In this document: positions 60,544 through 64,000 of the stretch, piece after piece
Position numbering within the stretch: the stretch's first letter is position 1
How the letters are laid out: each line of letters begins with the position of its first letter
IMG/VR virus record: IMGVR_UViG_3300029720_000461
Strand: one strand, 5' to 3'
Length of the DNA: 64,000 nt
From: a virus
Taxonomy: Duplodnaviria > Heunggongvirae > Uroviricota > Caudoviricetes
Translations under genes and position numbers: made by a program
The notes under the pieces: model-generated
What the model was told of the DNA's origin: nothing
The model's database searches: none
Seen by the model: only the letters and a program-made list of their open reading frames with translations

Positions 60544-60554
60544 AAAGGAAAATT

Positions 60555-60911
60555 ATGATGACATTAATTGAGTATGAACAGTTTTTAAAGGATTTTGATA
60601 TTCATTATAAAGAAACTGATTTTGGAATAGATAATACATTTTCAGAATGTCTTTTAAAACAGACTTCAAAAAGCTGTATAAACGAATTTTATAATAAGCG
60701 TCACGATTTGATAAATCGTATAAATGAAAACACGGATAATACTGAAAAAATATATCAGTATAGAATTGCAGCATTATTAATATATCACATAAACGAACAT
60801 CCAAGCACATTATTGAAAATAGCAGAAGAATCAGATTTAGATTATTCCTCAATAATGAAACTTGGTGATGCTTATAGGGATATGGGAATATCATTTGATT
60901 CCTTATATTAA
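60555..60911 (+). CDS. hypothetical protein
   Basis: 118-aa ORF. Confidence 0.45.
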   Translation: MMTLIEYEQFLKDFDIHYKETDFGIDNTFSECLLKQTSKSCINEFYNKRHDLINRINENTDNTEKIYQYRIAALLIYHINEHPSTLLKIAEESDLDYSSIMKLGDAYRDMGISFDSLY

Positions 60912-60977
60912 ATGCTAGAAAAAATTATGATTAAGAATAAACAGAATAAAATAGAAAAAGATTAAGGAGAAAATATT

Positions 60978-61412
60978 ATGAGTGTTGATACACTATATGT
61001 AATGGTAGCTATTATTGATTTAATTATATGTATTACACTGGCTTATATTGGACTCAGTAGAGAAATGAGTACTGTTAAATTTTTTGGCTTATTGACTTTA
61101 GCTACATGTCTTAGCTTATTTATTGTTATAGTGTCTGCTGAAAACATTAAGCGGACTGACAATATTGATACATATAATGTTTCTGTGGCATCAATACAGA
61201 ATATAGAAAGACAAACAAGCGGAGACAGAGTTAAATATACAGATGATTCTGGTAATAAGAATAAAGTTGTAATTAGTGCTACAGCGTATGATTCTGATAA
61301 AACATATATAGAAATGAAAAGATATAAGTGGTGGTTCTTATACGAAGATAAGAATGTTTTACATATGGGATTAAACTATGAAGATATTCAGAAAAATATA
61401 GAAAAAGATTAG
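60978..61412 (+). CDS. small membrane protein, paralog family member 2
   Basis: ...VVISATAYDSDKTYIEMKRYKWWFLYEDKNVLHM. Confidence 0.5.
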   Translation: MSVDTLYVMVAIIDLIICITLAYIGLSREMSTVKFFGLLTLATCLSLFIVIVSAENIKRTDNIDTYNVSVASIQNIERQTSGDRVKYTDDSGNKNKVVISATAYDSDKTYIEMKRYKWWFLYEDKNVLHMGLNYEDIQKNIEKD

Positions 61413-61424
61413 AGGATAAAAAAT

Positions 61425-61820
61425 ATGGATATTTATACTTTTTCTTCAATTTTAGACGTTGTTTTTTTAATAAGTATTGCAATTATGATATTTCTTTCAA
61501 ATGAAAATCATAACAAAGCAGCTTTAATGGTATTTATTGCTGATATTATCATATTGATTTTTTCAGTAATAGCTTCAGGCAGAATTAAAAAAGGAAATAA
61601 CTTTGAAGCCTATACAATTCCGGTAACACATATACAGGAAACAGAAAAAAAAGAATGGAGCGATAAAGTAGTAAGGATTACTGATGATACAGGCAGTGAA
61701 AAAGAAGTTGCAATAAATGAGACAAAGTATGATGCAGATTCAACATATGTAGAAATGAAGAGATTCAAGTGTCTCTTTATCTATAAAGATAAAAATATAC
61801 TGCATATTAAAGCAAATTAA
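61425..61820 (+). CDS. small membrane protein, paralog family member 3
   Basis: ...VAINETKYDADSTYVEMKRFKCLFIYKDKNILHI. Confidence 0.5.
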   Translation: MDIYTFSSILDVVFLISIAIMIFLSNENHNKAALMVFIADIIILIFSVIASGRIKKGNNFEAYTIPVTHIQETEKKEWSDKVVRITDDTGSEKEVAINETKYDADSTYVEMKRFKCLFIYKDKNILHIKAN

Positions 61821-61830
61821 GGGGGGATAC

Positions 61831-62028
61831 ATGGAAGATAAAAAATACAGATACAATGTTTATTTAATGGCTGAAGAATATTCATCCGGATATGTAGAGC
61901 TTACTAAAAAGGAAGCTGAAATTGTCGAATATGCAACTAATACATCTAACTGGAAAGACAAAGAAATTGAGCCTTATAGTGGATTTTTTGGTATAGATAC
62001 AGAACATCCTGAAGAGATAGAAAAATAA
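61831..62028 (+). CDS. hypothetical small protein
   Basis: 65-aa ORF. Confidence 0.4.
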   Translation: MEDKKYRYNVYLMAEEYSSGYVELTKKEAEIVEYATNTSNWKDKEIEPYSGFFGIDTEHPEEIEK

Positions 62029-62046
62029 ATATTTTAGGAGATTATT

Positions 62047-62337
62047 ATGGAAGAGATTATTAATGAAGAGTATGAAATATTCTTAGAAGATATGGATAGA
62101 GGGATAACCTTTAATAGATTTCTTATGGTTGATGATTATGAAGATGAATACTCACATAATGAAATTGCTGAAGCAATGAATACCTTAGCATCCCGTATTA
62201 GACAATGGCTGCATGAAAATAAACCGGGGAAGTACATAGTATCAGTATCGCCTGACTACTGTATATTCGTTATGACTGTTAAGGAAGCACAGATGCGTAA
62301 TGTAAGTACTTATACGTTGCTTAGTATTGTTAAGTAA
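62047..62337 (+). CDS. hypothetical protein
   Basis: 96-aa ORF. Confidence 0.45.
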   Translation: MEEIINEEYEIFLEDMDRGITFNRFLMVDDYEDEYSHNEIAEAMNTLASRIRQWLHENKPGKYIVSVSPDYCIFVMTVKEAQMRNVSTYTLLSIVK

Positions 62338-62349
62338 AGGAGAAAGATT

Positions 62350-62874
62350 ATGAGTATAGAAGTGATAAGTTTTATATTATTAAGAATAATGCCTGTTATT
62401 TTTATAATTTGCTTTGCATCCTATCTGGTAAATGCATTTAGGTATCGTGAGATTGCATTCAGGTATCTGCTTAATGCAGACTGGATTCCTTATGAATGCA
62501 AGGCTGGCATATGTTTAGCCGGAGTAATTTTATTGATGTGTGTGGATTTATTAGAGATAAAGAATTTAGTTGTTCTTATAGTGATATTGGGTCTTACAAT
62601 TATATTACTTATATGGAATATATTTACCAATATTTTTCATAAGCAGGAAGAAAAGAACAGACTGTATAGAGAATTAATATATGTCTGGAATCAGGAAGAT
62701 TTAACAGACTTCCAAAAGCATATGAGCCGTGAAGAACAGATTGCATTCTTAAAATCCATTAAGAAGACTATTCACTTAAATGGAAAGGAAGAAGAGATAT
62801 ACGAAGAAATACATTTAATTGCTGATGATGCACAATTAAAACTTTTTGAACCAATTCTTAGGAAGGAGCAATAA
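62350..62874 (+). CDS. hypothetical membrane protein
   Basis: 3 TM helices. Confidence 0.45.
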   Translation: MSIEVISFILLRIMPVIFIICFASYLVNAFRYREIAFRYLLNADWIPYECKAGICLAGVILLMCVDLLEIKNLVVLIVILGLTIILLIWNIFTNIFHKQEEKNRLYRELIYVWNQEDLTDFQKHMSREEQIAFLKSIKKTIHLNGKEEEIYEEIHLIADDAQLKLFEPILRKEQ

Positions 62875-62878
62875 GGCA

Positions 62879-63154
62879 ATGAATATATTAGTTAAATTAA
62901 TGATATTAATGATGTGTGTTTCGTTTGTTTTATATATTTATTTTTCTATAAAGTCAATTAGATATCATTCTTTTAACAATGAAAACCCTTATTCAGATAA
63001 AGCAGGGATTTTATTTTCATGGCTTATGTTAGTATCAATTATAAGGGCTGCATTTGAAATAAATAATTCCTATATTATTATGATTTTTGTAATTGTAGGT
63101 ACAATAATCAATATATGGGTCACATTTACTAAGTTTTTTAGAAAAAGACAATAA
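62879..63154 (+). CDS. hypothetical membrane protein
   Basis: ATG at 62879 with AGGAAGGAG RBS; 2-3 TM helices. Confidence 0.4.
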   Translation: MNILVKLMILMMCVSFVLYIYFSIKSIRYHSFNNENPYSDKAGILFSWLMLVSIIRAAFEINNSYIIMIFVIVGTIINIWVTFTKFFRKRQ

Positions 63155-63191
63155 AGACTATTTTATATGATAACTAAGTATGGAGAACTTA

Positions 63192-63365
63192 TATGAAACT
63201 TACAGGAAGTAATGCTGTTGGTTTTCTTAAATCAATGCAGCATCCGGATGAAAAACAGCAGGAAATATTATCTAAGATTAAAAGCAATATAGCCTTAAGG
63301 GATATTCCTAATGGGTATGAAGCTGATATAAAGAATTTGGATATGTCTTTTTTAGAAGAAAAATA
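63192..63365 (+). CDS. hypothetical small protein (57 aa)
   Basis: AAGTATGGAGAA RBS. Confidence 0.3.
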
Positions 63366-63499
63366 ATGACATTTAAAGAAGCTAGAAAAGAAGCAAGAAA
63401 AATAGCACAGCGAACCGGATATTGGGGATATATTTTTAAGGATAAATAATCTTCCAATTAATTTTGGATAACATAGTGAATAAAAGTTAAGGAGAAATT

Positions 63500-64000
63500 A
63501 TGAGTATAAATATTGAATATAAAATTAAACCATATTTTACAAAAGATACTCTTATGTCATTTTTGTGCAAAGATATTAATTATATAGATACAGATAAGGC
63601 TAAAAACTATGTAGAAGGATATTTAAGTAAAATTCCAGTTCAGATATTAAAAGCGTTTGATAGTGAAAATTGGAAAATAATAATAACTAACGAAGAACTA
63701 AAAGAGAAGTTTGGATTCACTTATGATATATACGGAGTAACTGATTATGATACCAAAACAATCTATACATATGCGTCCGAAGATGCGATTCAGTATGGAT
63801 TAGGTCATGAAATAGGACACTTTGTAGATATGTATATGGGAGATTTATCTCAAACTTTAGAATGGAACAAATTAGTAAAAACAATTAACCCTCAATATAC
63901 TCCTGCATATTATTTTACTTTAGGAAATAATGAAAATAAAGGACTTGAATATTTTGCAGATAGCTTTTTGCTCTACATAAATGACAAATTGTTATTAACC
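63500..64000 (+). CDS. HExxH zinc-metallopeptidase-like protein (3' truncated by window end)
   Basis: AAGGAGAAAT RBS; HEIGH motif in ...AIQYGLGHEIGHFVDMY... Confidence 0.45.
   Translation, partial: MSINIEYKIKPYFTKDTLMSFLCKDINYIDTDKAKNYVEGYLSKIPVQILKAFDSENWKIIITNEELKEKFGFTYDIYGVTDYDTKTIYTYASEDAIQYGLGHEIGHFVDMYMGDLSQTLEWNKLVKTINPQYTPAYYFTLGNNENKGLEYFADSFLLYINDKLLLT

Overview
AT-rich (about 30% GC) low-GC Firmicute-type DNA in which every supported gene is on the + strand across all 64 kb. It looks like one segment of a large mobile element (phage, phage-plasmid or megaplasmid) from a Clostridia-like host, and there are no capsid or terminase genes in the window. Main blocks: a 2.1-kb non-coding leader with a structured GC-richer half; a RecD/Dda-like helicase; a tRNA island (7.2-13.3 kb) interleaved with small ORF paralogs, in which several tRNA(-like) genes are canonical and several are aberrant, including one tRNA split in the anticodon arm by a 463-bp insertion carrying a PD-(D/E)XK-like ORF; a second GC-rich non-coding block (11.94-12.83 kb) that may be a large structured RNA; a WGR-like plus PARP-catalytic ADP-ribosyltransferase followed by a family of paralogs sharing a C-terminal QYER tail, an HD hydrolase and a J-domain protein; a solo TnpB (IS200/IS605 OrfB) with a hairpin-rich right flank; an EAL c-di-GMP phosphodiesterase beside a guanylate-kinase-like gene; a flotillin/SPFH protein; a Tad/Flp-pilus-like locus (CpaF/TadA ATPase, TadB/C-like membrane protein, two mini-pilins, TadE-like proteins) next to an excisionase-like HTH and a RuvC-like resolvase; a GNAT-type toxin-antitoxin candidate; a 2613-aa secreted Listeria-Bacteroides-repeat surface protein; a lytic transglycosylase; an HTH-PIF1-like helicase; and a terminal cluster of small paralogous membrane proteins. 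Annotations rest on motif recognition by eye; no database search was possible.
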